The notes beneath the pieces are model-generated. The model was not told the origin of the DNA and made no database searches. It worked only from the letters and a program-made list of their open reading frames with translations. The position numbers and the translations under genes were made by a program. 64,000 nt of DNA from Patescibacteria group bacterium (GTDB lineage Bacteria; Patescibacteriota; Patescibacteriia; UBA10025; JAHIVO01). Positions 28,981 to 38,136 of this stretch are shown piece by piece. The DNA lies in NCBI GenBank assembly GCA_041650915.1, contig JBAZKE010000001.1:547097-611096 (forward strand). Reading direction: 5' to 3'. How positions within the stretch are numbered: the stretch's first letter is position 1; each line of letters begins with the position of its first letter.

Positions 28981-30102
28981 CTAGGATGGGACAGCAAGAC
29001 TGTACGTACCATCCTCATTTTTTTTGAATTTTGTTTTATCCGTAAGAGCAAGATGAATCGTATTTTTTTTAACGATTCTTTGTTCGAGCACTTTCTCAAC
29101 AAGCTGCGATCGAGTTAACGATTCGCTAGATCTATTGAGAATGTCAATCAGTACATTGGAAACAACGCCAGGTTTATAACCCCACTCTTTCAGTGCATAG
29201 ATTCCTCGTCCGACGAGAACATATCTGCTGTTGAGAATAAGTTCATTGTGCACCGTGGGCGGATAGGCTTTACGGGTATCAAATTTGACTTCGTTTATTT
29301 TTTGAGCAATCTCTGTAAAGTGCATTGGTTTCCCATGCCGCTTTAAAACCAGATAAATTTTATCATTCATTCTTTTTGGAACAATGCTGCCCCATTCCTT
29401 CAACCCAAATTCATCAAATGGATTTCTTGATATACTATTGCTCATATTCAAGTATGACGTAACAGCTTCCTCGGTAAGCAACTGCGGATTATGTTTAAAT
29501 AAATCTGTTTCCTTAAATTGCGAAAGAATCGAACTTATTGTTGCCGGCTTGCCATTTTTTGCGATAGTATCGAAGAGCGTCTTAATAGAATCTCTTATTA
29601 AATGTATCGGGGCATGAGAAAGCTGCCAGGATTGCTTAAAAACTTCATCGGGTCTTATAGTTTTAAATTTCTTTTTTAAAAGTTCTGAAATAACAAATAA
29701 AATATTTTGCCGGTTCATTTGGCTGTCGCCTACGACCTGTAAAAGTTCAGCGAGCAGATCGTTTTCTTCCATGGCCGCACCGTGTTGTTCGAGAACCGAA
29801 TAAACAGTATTTTCGATCGAAGCGATAAGTTCATTGAAGTTTTTAAGCTGGCTAATTTTTTGTATAGCGGTTTTTTCAATTTGACGAATTCTTTCCCTGG
29901 TAACTTTATAGGTCGCACCGATTTCTTCGAGAGTCTCTTTTTCTTTCCCGAGTAATCCGAATCTGCGACGAAGAACATCTTCTTCGCGTGTAGTAAGGGC
30001 CTTTAAGAGCTGAGAGACGGTATCGCTTGGATTGAACTGCTCGATTTGATTTGTTTTTTTACTGGAGATAACCTTATCCAGTATTGAATTTCCCTCTTCC
30101 AT
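28981..30102 (-). CDS. Putative transcription factor: N-terminal sigma-70 region 4 (4.1-4.2 HTH) and a C-terminal HARE-HTH-like winged helix.
   Basis: Residues about 35-90, DTVSQLLKALTTREEDVLRRRFGLLGKEKETLEEIGATYKVTRERIRQIEKTAIQKI, closely resemble RpoD region 4. The C-terminal KIYLVLKRHGKPMHFTEIAQKI...NSRYVLVGRGIYALKEWG resembles the HARE-HTH of the RNAP delta subunit and restriction enzymes. Confidence 0.5.
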   Translation of the reverse strand: MEEGNSILDKVISSKKTNQIEQFNPSDTVSQLLKALTTREEDVLRRRFGLLGKEKETLEEIGATYKVTRERIRQIEKTAIQKISQLKNFNELIASIENTVYSVLEQHGAAMEENDLLAELLQVVGDSQMNRQNILFVISELLKKKFKTIRPDEVFKQSWQLSHAPIHLIRDSIKTLFDTIAKNGKPATISSILSQFKETDLFKHNPQLLTEEAVTSYLNMSNSISRNPFDEFGLKEWGSIVPKRMNDKIYLVLKRHGKPMHFTEIAQKINEVKFDTRKAYPPTVHNELILNSRYVLVGRGIYALKEWGYKPGVVSNVLIDILNRSSESLTRSQLVEKVLEQRIVKKNTIHLALTDKTKFKKNEDGTYSLAVPS

Positions 30103-30143
30103 ATAGGTCGTAATAATGCGTGTTCAAACTTAACTACGTGTTT

Positions 30144-30172
30144 AGTATAGCATACTTTTATTATTGTGTCAA
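30144..30172 (-). promoter_or_regulatory. Near-consensus sigma-70 promoter for the sigma-r4/HARE-HTH regulator gene.
   Basis: On the minus strand: TTGACA (complement of 30167-30172), 17 bp, then TATACT (complement of 30144-30149). This lies about 40 nt upstream of the ATG at 30102. Confidence 0.45.
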
Positions 30173-30266
30173 GATAATTCATCGTTGTAACATATTTTTT
30201 AATTTTAAGCAAGTGAACTATGGAAAAAAAAATCGCCCCATTTACGAAACGAATCTAGCAACGTTT

Positions 30267-31172
30267 TTAAATTGTTTTTTTTCGGTTTATAAAATTATGC
30301 CACACAATAAGAAATGGGCTTGCTACAAATATAGAAGAGTACGTTCCGACAATAATACCTACAATGAGGGCTAATGTGAAATTCGCTATAGATTGACCGC
30401 CAAATAAGTAGAGAGCAAGTAAAACAAGCAGAGTTGTTAATGATGTGTTAATTGATCGGATAAGTGTTTGATTAACGCTTTCATTGACTACTTCTTCAAA
30501 AGTTCTTTGGTAGCTAATTTTTAGACGTTCACGTATGCGATCGTAAACAACGATTGTATCATGAACGGAAAATCCTAATATAGTGAGAATTGCGGTAATA
30601 AAAAGCATATCGATTTCCGTGTTGAAAAATTTTCCCATGATTGCAAAAAAACCAATAACGATGGTGATATCATGAAGAAGTGCGAGGGTCGCGCCAAATC
30701 CGTAAACCCAGGATTTCACTGCTCCACTTGCTACTTTTCGAAACGCGAATGAGATATACAGTATGATAAAAATGAGTACTAATACAATTGCAATGATAGC
30801 CCGATTACGGAGCCCTCGTCCGATAGTCGGACCGATTGATTCAAAGCTCTGTTCTGTTACGGATCCGTATTCCTGGTTCAGGTTTTCCAAAATAATTTCT
30901 CGTGCAGAATTATCGATTTCCCTGAGACGCAGCGTCATATCTGTTTCACCGATGGGTTGAACGCGAACAGCTCCATATTGAAGCTTATCGACAGCTTCCT
31001 CGACCGATTGAGCTGCAGGCCGGTCTTGATTGAATTTAACCTGCATGAGAGTACCGCCAGTAAAATCAATGCCAAGTTTCAACCCTCCAGACAAAATCGC
31101 AACTATACTTGTAGCAATCATGATACCGGAGATGGTAAACCAAATTTTTCTATTTTGAATGATTTTAAACAT
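30267..31172 (-). CDS. secF: Protein translocase subunit SecF.
   Basis: GIDFTGGTLMQVKF opening and six TM helices, with the SecDF C-terminal domain. Confidence 0.85.
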   Translation of the reverse strand: MFKIIQNRKIWFTISGIMIATSIVAILSGGLKLGIDFTGGTLMQVKFNQDRPAAQSVEEAVDKLQYGAVRVQPIGETDMTLRLREIDNSAREIILENLNQEYGSVTEQSFESIGPTIGRGLRNRAIIAIVLVLIFIILYISFAFRKVASGAVKSWVYGFGATLALLHDITIVIGFFAIMGKFFNTEIDMLFITAILTILGFSVHDTIVVYDRIRERLKISYQRTFEEVVNESVNQTLIRSINTSLTTLLVLLALYLFGGQSIANFTLALIVGIIVGTYSSIFVASPFLIVWHNFINRKKTI

Positions 31173-32853
31173 TTGTACTATTCAGCTTTGATTTTAGTGC
31201 AGGATTTGACCAGCTAAACCAGTGTGGATGTTTTTCGAGCCATTGTGATACTGAAAGTCGCAAAAAAGTTCTGGTAATTGTAATTGCTGAAAACATACTC
31301 ACGACGACACCAATGCCAAGTGTAATTGCAAATCCTTTCATGATACTTGTACCGAACCACGCGAGAATAATGCAGGTGATAATACTTGAAATATTTGAGT
31401 CTCGTATGGATGGCCAGGCGCGATTGAAACCTTCTTCTACTGCTACTTTAAGGGGCTTCCCCGTACGTAGCTCTTCACGGGAACGCTCAAAAATCAATAC
31501 ATTAGCGTCTACTGCCATTCCAATTGATAGGATAAATCCCGCAATACCCGCGAGCGTAAGAGTTATCGGAATCAGCTTAAAAAGGGCAAGAATCAAAAGT
31601 GCGTAAACGATGAGCGCCAATACCGATAATAATCCAGGCAGGCGATAGTATATAATCATGAACAGTGCGACGAGTATAAGCCCTACCAACCCCGCGAAAA
31701 AACTTTTTTGGATTGACTGCTCTCCGAGCGTAGCTCCAATATTTTGTTGTGATACGAGCGTAATCGGTACTGGCAGTGCTCCAGCATTGAGCCGCTGTGC
31801 GAGTAGCTTAGCTTCTTCAAGAGAAAAACTACCGGAAATGACTGCATTTCCATCACGAATAGGTTCATTGACTCGAGGCAGTGAAATTGGAGAGCCATCA
31901 AGGTATATGCCAACAATTTTATTGACATTGCGTTCCGTGATTTGTGAAAATAATTCCTTGCCTTCCGTATCGAATTCGAGTGATACCTGTGGTTCGTTTG
32001 TATTCGGATCAAATGCAACGGCAGACCGGCTAAGATTTTTTCCCGAGAGTTCGGTATTAGCAAAATCTGTATACCCTTCGGTTGATTGCTTGGAAAAAAG
32101 TATATGGCTCGCTTGCGCCTGGTCACCATCAATTGCTGTTTTTTTTATGATGTGGTAGCCAAACTCTGTTTCAACAATCTGCGGATAGACTTCACCAATT
32201 ATAGCTTGGTCAAAAACAGTATTTGCAAATTCTGGCACCATCATATCGCGTGTGAAAAAACCGAGATCTCCGCCTCGTTGTTCGCCAGTATCAGCATCTT
32301 TGTTTCCTGGATCTTGGCTATATTCATTAGCGAGTGCACCAAAATCCGCACCGGGAGCTGTTGCGAGTGCGAGTACACTCTCAGCTTGCTTTTTTGATTC
32401 TTCATTAAGGGTGATTATCGCAGTTTTTTCTTCTTCTGTTGGCTCAACAGTCACTTCTTCTTTAAATTCGAGCAGCGGGGTCTCTCCTATCATTTGAATA
32501 GCTTCAGAAATATTGGTGATGCCTGCAAGTTCAACAATGATGCGCCATTGGCTTCCCGCTTGATTTGTCTGAACAAAAGGTTCCGATACGCCGAAAGCAT
32601 TTACCCGATTTTCTATGACATCACGCACGCCCTCAAGCGCGGCCGCCTTGTCGCTTTCTTCAATTTGTGAGGTGTCCGCATCATATACGAGGTTGGTACC
32701 ACCGAGTAAGTCAAGCCCGAGGTGCACTTTTACCTCACGAAAAAAAGTGCCAATCTTGATATCGGGTCCACTCGGATAGTCAATAAATCCAGCTACAACT
32801 GTTAATACAACGATACCTGCAAATGTAAGCCAAACTTTCTTACGCAAAGTCAT
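31165..32853 (-). CDS. secD: Protein translocase subunit SecD with an embedded parvulin-type PPIase-like domain in the periplasmic P1 region.
   Basis: The SecD core is present (LGLDLLGGTNLVY; C-terminal six-TM bundle). Residues about 135-260, ...ALATAPGADFGALANEYSQDPGNKDADTGEQRGGDLGFFTRDMMVPEFANTVFDQAIIGEVYPQIVETEFGYHIIKK..., match the PrsA/SurA parvulin signature. Confidence 0.8.
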   Translation of the reverse strand: MTLRKKVWLTFAGIVVLTVVAGFIDYPSGPDIKIGTFFREVKVHLGLDLLGGTNLVYDADTSQIEESDKAAALEGVRDVIENRVNAFGVSEPFVQTNQAGSQWRIIVELAGITNISEAIQMIGETPLLEFKEEVTVEPTEEEKTAIITLNEESKKQAESVLALATAPGADFGALANEYSQDPGNKDADTGEQRGGDLGFFTRDMMVPEFANTVFDQAIIGEVYPQIVETEFGYHIIKKTAIDGDQAQASHILFSKQSTEGYTDFANTELSGKNLSRSAVAFDPNTNEPQVSLEFDTEGKELFSQITERNVNKIVGIYLDGSPISLPRVNEPIRDGNAVISGSFSLEEAKLLAQRLNAGALPVPITLVSQQNIGATLGEQSIQKSFFAGLVGLILVALFMIIYYRLPGLLSVLALIVYALLILALFKLIPITLTLAGIAGFILSIGMAVDANVLIFERSREELRTGKPLKVAVEEGFNRAWPSIRDSNISSIITCIILAWFGTSIMKGFAITLGIGVVVSMFSAITITRTFLRLSVSQWLEKHPHWFSWSNPALKSKLNSTNV

Positions 32854-32941
32854 ACATAAAAAAATACACAGTCAAACGCTACCGTTAGTACTGTCCAGTA
32901 TACCAAAAGAAAGCCACAAAAGCTATCTGTGGATAATCATA

Positions 32942-34342
32942 CTACTCCTGCACGAAAACTCTTGCGCCAATTGGCGTAGCATTATAAAGCCATTCAGCGT
33001 TGGGATACGAAATATTTACACAGCCATGGCTCATTCGGTGCCCAAAATTATTATGCCAATAAGCACCATGGAGCAGTCTTGAGCCGTCGAATCTCATGTT
33101 CCAGAGGGTATTCGGAAGGTAGTAATCCGGTCCGGAATACAGTTTACTGAAAATCTTTTGAGAAATCGTGAAATCACCCGGGAGAGTTGGCGTGCCGGGA
33201 AGCCCGGTGGAAACAAGGAATGTATTGACCAATTCATCGTTATCAAACGCCCACAATCGTTGCTCGGAAAGGTCAACCAGAATTTTATCGACAATGCCAT
33301 CGCCATTTTTACGTCCAGGGACGGCAAGAATTTCGCCATAACCATCTTTATCAATATCGCCTGCAGCGGGAAATATACCGCCTCGAAATTCTGATTCGTA
33401 CGGAAATAAATCATTCTTTAATCTGCCATTTGCTTCAAAAACTTTTATATGAGGGCCGCCGCCGCTGTTAGCTGCCACAATAATTTCATCGTATCCATCT
33501 GCATCCAAGTCTCCGGCGGCAACGTTAACTCCCCTGGTAAATGAATCAGGGAACGCTTTAAATTCAGCGATGATATAATCTTGTTGAACATTTACGATTT
33601 TTATCCAAGCGACATCGCCGGTTTGAACGGCAAACACCAATTCATCACTTCCTCCGTTTACTTCAGCCGAGGCGATGCTTACTCCTCCGGTAAATTCAGG
33701 ATGGAATGGAAAAATATTGGTAGGAAGTTTCTCGCCAAATCTATTAAAAGCGTACACACGAGGTTCTACGCCCGCCGATGGTGCAATTATGATCTCAGGT
33801 AATCCGGCTGCGTCTATATCAGCGACGGCAATGTTGATGCCGGATTTAATCGCAGGATCGAGTGCAAAGAAACCCGGAGTAAAGATTGGCTTGCCATATC
33901 GGTTAAATATCCTTATGTGTGATGCACCATCCGACTTTGGAGCTGTGATAATTTCAGAAAAACCGTCGCCATCCAGATCAGCACATGCTATATTTACCCC
34001 TCCTTTAAAATTTTGTTCATAAGCAAAAAAGCCGGGAGTAAATTTTGGATTTCCAAATGCATCAAAAACTCGAACTTGTGGTCCTCCGCCCAGACCTGCA
34101 CCGAGTACTATTTCTTCATACCCATTACTGTCAAGATTACAAACTGCAATTGAAGCTCCTCCCTGAAAATTGTGCGCGAATCCTAAAAAAGCCCTTTCAA
34201 ATGATAGTGGGTGTGTACTAAAAATTTTAACTTCGGGGCTCCTGAAATCCGTAGCGTACGTGCTCAACGGTAATATAAGAAGAAGGGCTGTGATAAATAT
34301 CGCACACCCTAAGTATATCGTATTTAAGCTAATTTTACCCAT
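32942..34342 (-). CDS. Secreted FG-GAP/VCBS-repeat beta-propeller fused to a C-terminal YkuD-type L,D-transpeptidase domain.
   Basis: N-terminal signal/TM. There are six or seven repeats of the form ADLDGDGFSEIITA, GDLDADGYDEIIVA and GDIDKDGYGEILAV. The C-terminal HGAYWHNNFGHRMSHGCVNIS is the LDT catalytic His...Ser-His-Gly-Cys motif. Confidence 0.65.
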   Translation of the reverse strand: MGKISLNTIYLGCAIFITALLLILPLSTYATDFRSPEVKIFSTHPLSFERAFLGFAHNFQGGASIAVCNLDSNGYEEIVLGAGLGGGPQVRVFDAFGNPKFTPGFFAYEQNFKGGVNIACADLDGDGFSEIITAPKSDGASHIRIFNRYGKPIFTPGFFALDPAIKSGINIAVADIDAAGLPEIIIAPSAGVEPRVYAFNRFGEKLPTNIFPFHPEFTGGVSIASAEVNGGSDELVFAVQTGDVAWIKIVNVQQDYIIAEFKAFPDSFTRGVNVAAGDLDADGYDEIIVAANSGGGPHIKVFEANGRLKNDLFPYESEFRGGIFPAAGDIDKDGYGEILAVPGRKNGDGIVDKILVDLSEQRLWAFDNDELVNTFLVSTGLPGTPTLPGDFTISQKIFSKLYSGPDYYLPNTLWNMRFDGSRLLHGAYWHNNFGHRMSHGCVNISYPNAEWLYNATPIGARVFVQE

Positions 34343-34364
34343 ATTTTTCTTTTTATTTAATTAG

Positions 34365-34393
34365 AGTATAGCATAATTATTATTATTTGTAAA
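34365..34393 (-). promoter_or_regulatory. Candidate sigma-70 promoter for the FG-GAP/LDT gene.
   Basis: Minus strand: TTTACA (34388-34393), 17 bp, TATACT (34365-34370). This is 23 nt upstream of the ATG at 34342. Confidence 0.4.
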
Positions 34394-34471
34394 GAAATTG
34401 GTATTCTGAAATAAAAATATTTCTGCTCATGCAGTACTATGCCGTCAGCAAAAAGTATAATTTGTATATGG

Positions 34472-35008
34472 CTAAATTACCGACTGAATTTTTTTCTGCA
34501 ATGATCCTATTGTTTTCTCGATTTTCGGCAAGATTGTTTTATCAGCAAATGATCCGCCATTAGTAAAAGCATTTTTAGCATTCGGAAAGTATAATATTGG
34601 CATAATAATTTTCATTTCCAAATACGTTAAAACGGGGATAAAATTCTCTACTGCTCTTGAACCGCCAAAAGAACCCGAAGATACGCCACAAATTAAAATT
34701 GGTTTATTCTTAAACTCATTTTTTGATCGGTCAAATAAAAGTTTTAATTCACCTGGATATCCGCGGTTATATTCCGGCATTATTAGGAAATAGGCATCAG
34801 CGGCCCGCAATATCAAACGGAGTTTTTTTCCTTCACGATTTTCTTGCCACGGAGGGACTGTAAACGTAACTGGAAATTTTTTTACGTCGAGAATTGATGC
34901 GGATATTCCTTTCCTATTTTTTAGAATATCATATACCGCATGAGCAACTTTTTCTGATTGGCTGCCTTTTCTTCCCGTTCCAAGGATTACTAAGATAGAA
35001 ATTTTCAT
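34472..35008 (-). CDS. NADPH-dependent FMN reductase / flavodoxin-like oxidoreductase.
   Basis: MKISILVILGTGRKGSQSEKVA...PEYNRGYPGELK are the flavodoxin-like fold motifs. Confidence 0.55.
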   Translation of the reverse strand: MKISILVILGTGRKGSQSEKVAHAVYDILKNRKGISASILDVKKFPVTFTVPPWQENREGKKLRLILRAADAYFLIMPEYNRGYPGELKLLFDRSKNEFKNKPILICGVSSGSFGGSRAVENFIPVLTYLEMKIIMPILYFPNAKNAFTNGGSFADKTILPKIEKTIGSLQKKIQSVI

Positions 35009-35026
35009 TGTGTGATAGAAATAATT

Positions 35027-37768
35027 TTATTTTTTTAATTGCTCTAGTATATTGCCGAGCTCATTTATTTCACTTCCATACGTACCCCAATCCCCCATTC
35101 GCTGTGCTTCAATTGCATTTTGGTAGTGTTCAAGCGCCTTCGATACCAATTCTTCTGAAGTTGAACTATCTTCAGCAGGCTGTTCTGGCATTATTGCGAT
35201 TGCTGCGGAAGAACCACTTCCAAAAATTTGATTTAACGCCTTTTCTAATGTTTCATCCATGGCAATTCGACTTTCATAAGCAACGATTACGCGCTTAAGC
35301 TCAGGAATTTTTCCGCCTTCAGCCCTGAGGTAAAGAGGTCTGACATACAGGAGAGATTCTTCTATCGGTATCACGAGCAAATTACCTTGGATAACTTCAG
35401 AGCCGTGCTGATCCCAGAGTGATATCTGCTTTGATATATCCGCATCCTGGCTAATGCGATTTACGATCTGTTTTGGCCCGAATACAAGGGTTTGTTTCGG
35501 AAAACGGTAAACAACAAGTTCACCGTAATGATCACCGTCAGCACGGGCAACTATCCAAGCTGACAAGTTATCCTTGCTCCTCGGCGTATACGGCAGCATG
35601 AGAATAAACTCCTCCGTTTCTTCCTGCGGAAGCTTCATAATCATATGCCGCATCATCGGATCTGTTTGTTCATCACTGACTTGCGGAACTTCCCATTTAT
35701 CTTCCTTGTTATAGAATACTTGCGGTTGCTCCATATGGTAGGTCTCATAGAGCATTGTTTGGTACCTAAAAATATCTTCAGGATATCGAATATGCTTTTT
35801 TAAGTCTTCTGGCATTTCTTGGATCGGCTGAAATACTCCCGGAAATATTTTTGCATAGACTTGAATAATTGGATCACCAGGATCAGATATATAGAAATCC
35901 ATGCTGCCATCGTACGCATCAATTACTGCTTTCACCGAATTTCTGATGTAGTTGATAGTACCATAGCTTGGAGTTGCTGTGTTGTATGCGGTAGCGATTT
36001 CCGGGGCGATATTCGTTACATATTCAGCATAGGGATATGCATCGCCAGTCGTATATGCGTCATATATCCACTTAAGCTTGCCGCCTTCTGTTATAACGAG
36101 ATATGGATCGCTATCGAGATTAAGAAATGGCACGACAGTTTTCATTCTCTCAGTAATATTCCTGCGCATGAGTACCTTACTTTCTGATGAAATGTCATTT
36201 GAAAGAAAAATTTTCAAGGAACTGAATCGGGCTGCAAAGAGCGCCTTTTTTAGTATTGAATCAATCGCAATGCCGCTATCACCGATGTATTCACTGTAGA
36301 CATTCTCTTCTCCGGATGGGTAATTAAATTCATCAGCTTTAGTATTTACAAAAACATAATCCGACGATAATTCTCCAAAATATATTTCAGGCCTGGTTAC
36401 CTGGATTGTATCTACGTTCGATACCGGCGGCAAATCTTTTACAAATAAGAGCGGTAAGCCTTCCGCCGTCACTTCATTGACGGGGCCGAGTGCAACGCCG
36501 AATCCATGGGTAAAGGTAAGCCGCTCATTGATAAACGTTGCAGATGGTAAGCTCGCCGTATTGAGCTCCCGCGGAGACAGCATTGTTTGCCGGTATTCAT
36601 CATCAATTACATACCGGTCATTGTCAACTGAAACGAAATCGTAGTATGTTCGTATTTCCTGTAATTGTCCGAAAGTATCGAGTAAAGGCCCCCTGTCCCA
36701 TAGTCGGATATTCTTGATTGTCAACTCATTATTTTTAATATCGTCAGATGTGAGTTGTATGGAATCGGACGTTAATTCCCTTTTTATTACAGTATCGATT
36801 TTATACGCTTTTCGGGTTGCGGCAATGTTTTTTTCGATGTACTCTGTTTCTTTAACGAGCTCATTCGGCAGTACTATAAGTTTTTGTATGATCATTGGGT
36901 AGATAGGAATTCCGATAATTGCAACTGCAAAATATATAGCAATCGAAGTAATAAGTACCTTCCTAATACTGGTAAAAATATTGATAAAAAAAAGTACAGC
37001 GGTAATGGCAGCAATACCGCATAAAATCCACAGGAGCGGAAGACGAGCTACGACGTCTGTATAGCTGGCCCCGGTAAATGGACCAGTGGTAGAGTAGAGC
37101 AAATCAGTCATGCCGACGAAATACGTTTTCGATGCGAGCAAGCTAAACACAAAAAAGAGCAAAAATGAAAAGTGGGCTGAGACGTGGCGTTCAATTTTTA
37201 AAGAAACCCGCTTAAGAGAAAACATGCCACGAGAAAGGTACAGAATTCCCGCGCCTATAAGTGACAATATGAGTGCGCTCATGAGGTAAGAATAGATAAG
37301 CTTAACGAAAGGTAAAACAAAAAAGTAAAAAGAAATATCCCGTCCAAAAAGCGAATCTTCAGTTCCAAATGGCACGCGGTTAAAAAATTGGAGTACTGAT
37401 TGCCACGATGTTGACGCGGCAATGCCAGTTAAAAGCGCAATAACCAGAGCAATGGGGATAAGAATGCGAAAGGTAAGCTTACCAATTTCAATGCCTCTAA
37501 ACCTGAACAAGCTACTGTTAACCGCGTTTGAATATTTTGCAGCAATTTTTTTTGCGATATATACATTAACGAGCAACAGCCCAAAAAAAAGTACGGAAAC
37601 CGTAATACCAAGAAGGAGTTTTGTTAAAACTATTGTTGTAAACAAGGACGAATACCCCTCTGAAGAAAACCATATCCAATCAGTACTAAATGAAATAGTT
37701 GCTGGAAGAACACCCAGTAAAAATAATAAAATGATCACTAATGTGGCAAAACGTTTCCCTTTTCTCAT
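35027..37768 (-). CDS. UPF0182-family large membrane protein.
   Basis: 913 aa. Seven N-terminal TM helices start with a TDWIWFSSEGYSSLF motif and are followed by a roughly 650-aa soluble domain. The assignment is from recall of family architecture. Confidence 0.5.
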   Translation of the reverse strand: MRKGKRFATLVIILLFLLGVLPATISFSTDWIWFSSEGYSSLFTTIVLTKLLLGITVSVLFFGLLLVNVYIAKKIAAKYSNAVNSSLFRFRGIEIGKLTFRILIPIALVIALLTGIAASTSWQSVLQFFNRVPFGTEDSLFGRDISFYFFVLPFVKLIYSYLMSALILSLIGAGILYLSRGMFSLKRVSLKIERHVSAHFSFLLFFVFSLLASKTYFVGMTDLLYSTTGPFTGASYTDVVARLPLLWILCGIAAITAVLFFINIFTSIRKVLITSIAIYFAVAIIGIPIYPMIIQKLIVLPNELVKETEYIEKNIAATRKAYKIDTVIKRELTSDSIQLTSDDIKNNELTIKNIRLWDRGPLLDTFGQLQEIRTYYDFVSVDNDRYVIDDEYRQTMLSPRELNTASLPSATFINERLTFTHGFGVALGPVNEVTAEGLPLLFVKDLPPVSNVDTIQVTRPEIYFGELSSDYVFVNTKADEFNYPSGEENVYSEYIGDSGIAIDSILKKALFAARFSSLKIFLSNDISSESKVLMRRNITERMKTVVPFLNLDSDPYLVITEGGKLKWIYDAYTTGDAYPYAEYVTNIAPEIATAYNTATPSYGTINYIRNSVKAVIDAYDGSMDFYISDPGDPIIQVYAKIFPGVFQPIQEMPEDLKKHIRYPEDIFRYQTMLYETYHMEQPQVFYNKEDKWEVPQVSDEQTDPMMRHMIMKLPQEETEEFILMLPYTPRSKDNLSAWIVARADGDHYGELVVYRFPKQTLVFGPKQIVNRISQDADISKQISLWDQHGSEVIQGNLLVIPIEESLLYVRPLYLRAEGGKIPELKRVIVAYESRIAMDETLEKALNQIFGSGSSAAIAIMPEQPAEDSSTSEELVSKALEHYQNAIEAQRMGDWGTYGSEINELGNILEQLKK

Positions 37769-37854
37769 ATATGTTTAATAAATATATTAAATAAACCAAT
37801 AAATTTGATATACGCAGGCTAAAATGAGATTGAATGATAAATATCTCATAATTT

Positions 37855-38136
37855 TTAATTTGTGCCTTTTTTGCGTTTACATAGTGAACGTTTTTCCACG
37901 TATACTATTTTCCACCAGACGAGACCCAATAAGTAGCCGGCAATGCCGCCAACAACTACTAAAGAGTATACGACAATTGGCGGAAGCGAGCATGCGGCAT
38001 AACCAAAATATTGGTACCACGTTACTTGCGATGCATGCCGGAGATACAGCAATTCAGCAATAGTATGAATAATAGTGCTGCATACGATGCCAAGGAAAAT
38101 TGTTAAACATACATAGGTGATCTTTTTATAATTCAT
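37855..38136 (-). CDS. Small hypothetical membrane protein (two or three TM helices).
   Basis: ORF with hydrophobic helices and a short basic tail. Confidence 0.3.
   Translation of the reverse strand: MNYKKITYVCLTIFLGIVCSTIIHTIAELLYLRHASQVTWYQYFGYAACSLPPIVVYSLVVVGGIAGYLLGLVWWKIVYVEKRSLCKRKKGTN

Noticed and set aside
32928-32936. Perfect DnaA box (TTATCCACA on the minus strand) in the FG-GAP/secD intergenic gap.
   Set aside because: It is a single 9-mer with no clustered boxes or AT-rich DUE. One such match is expected by chance in 64 kb. A TGgTATACT extended -10 nearby is a likelier functional element, as a secD promoter.
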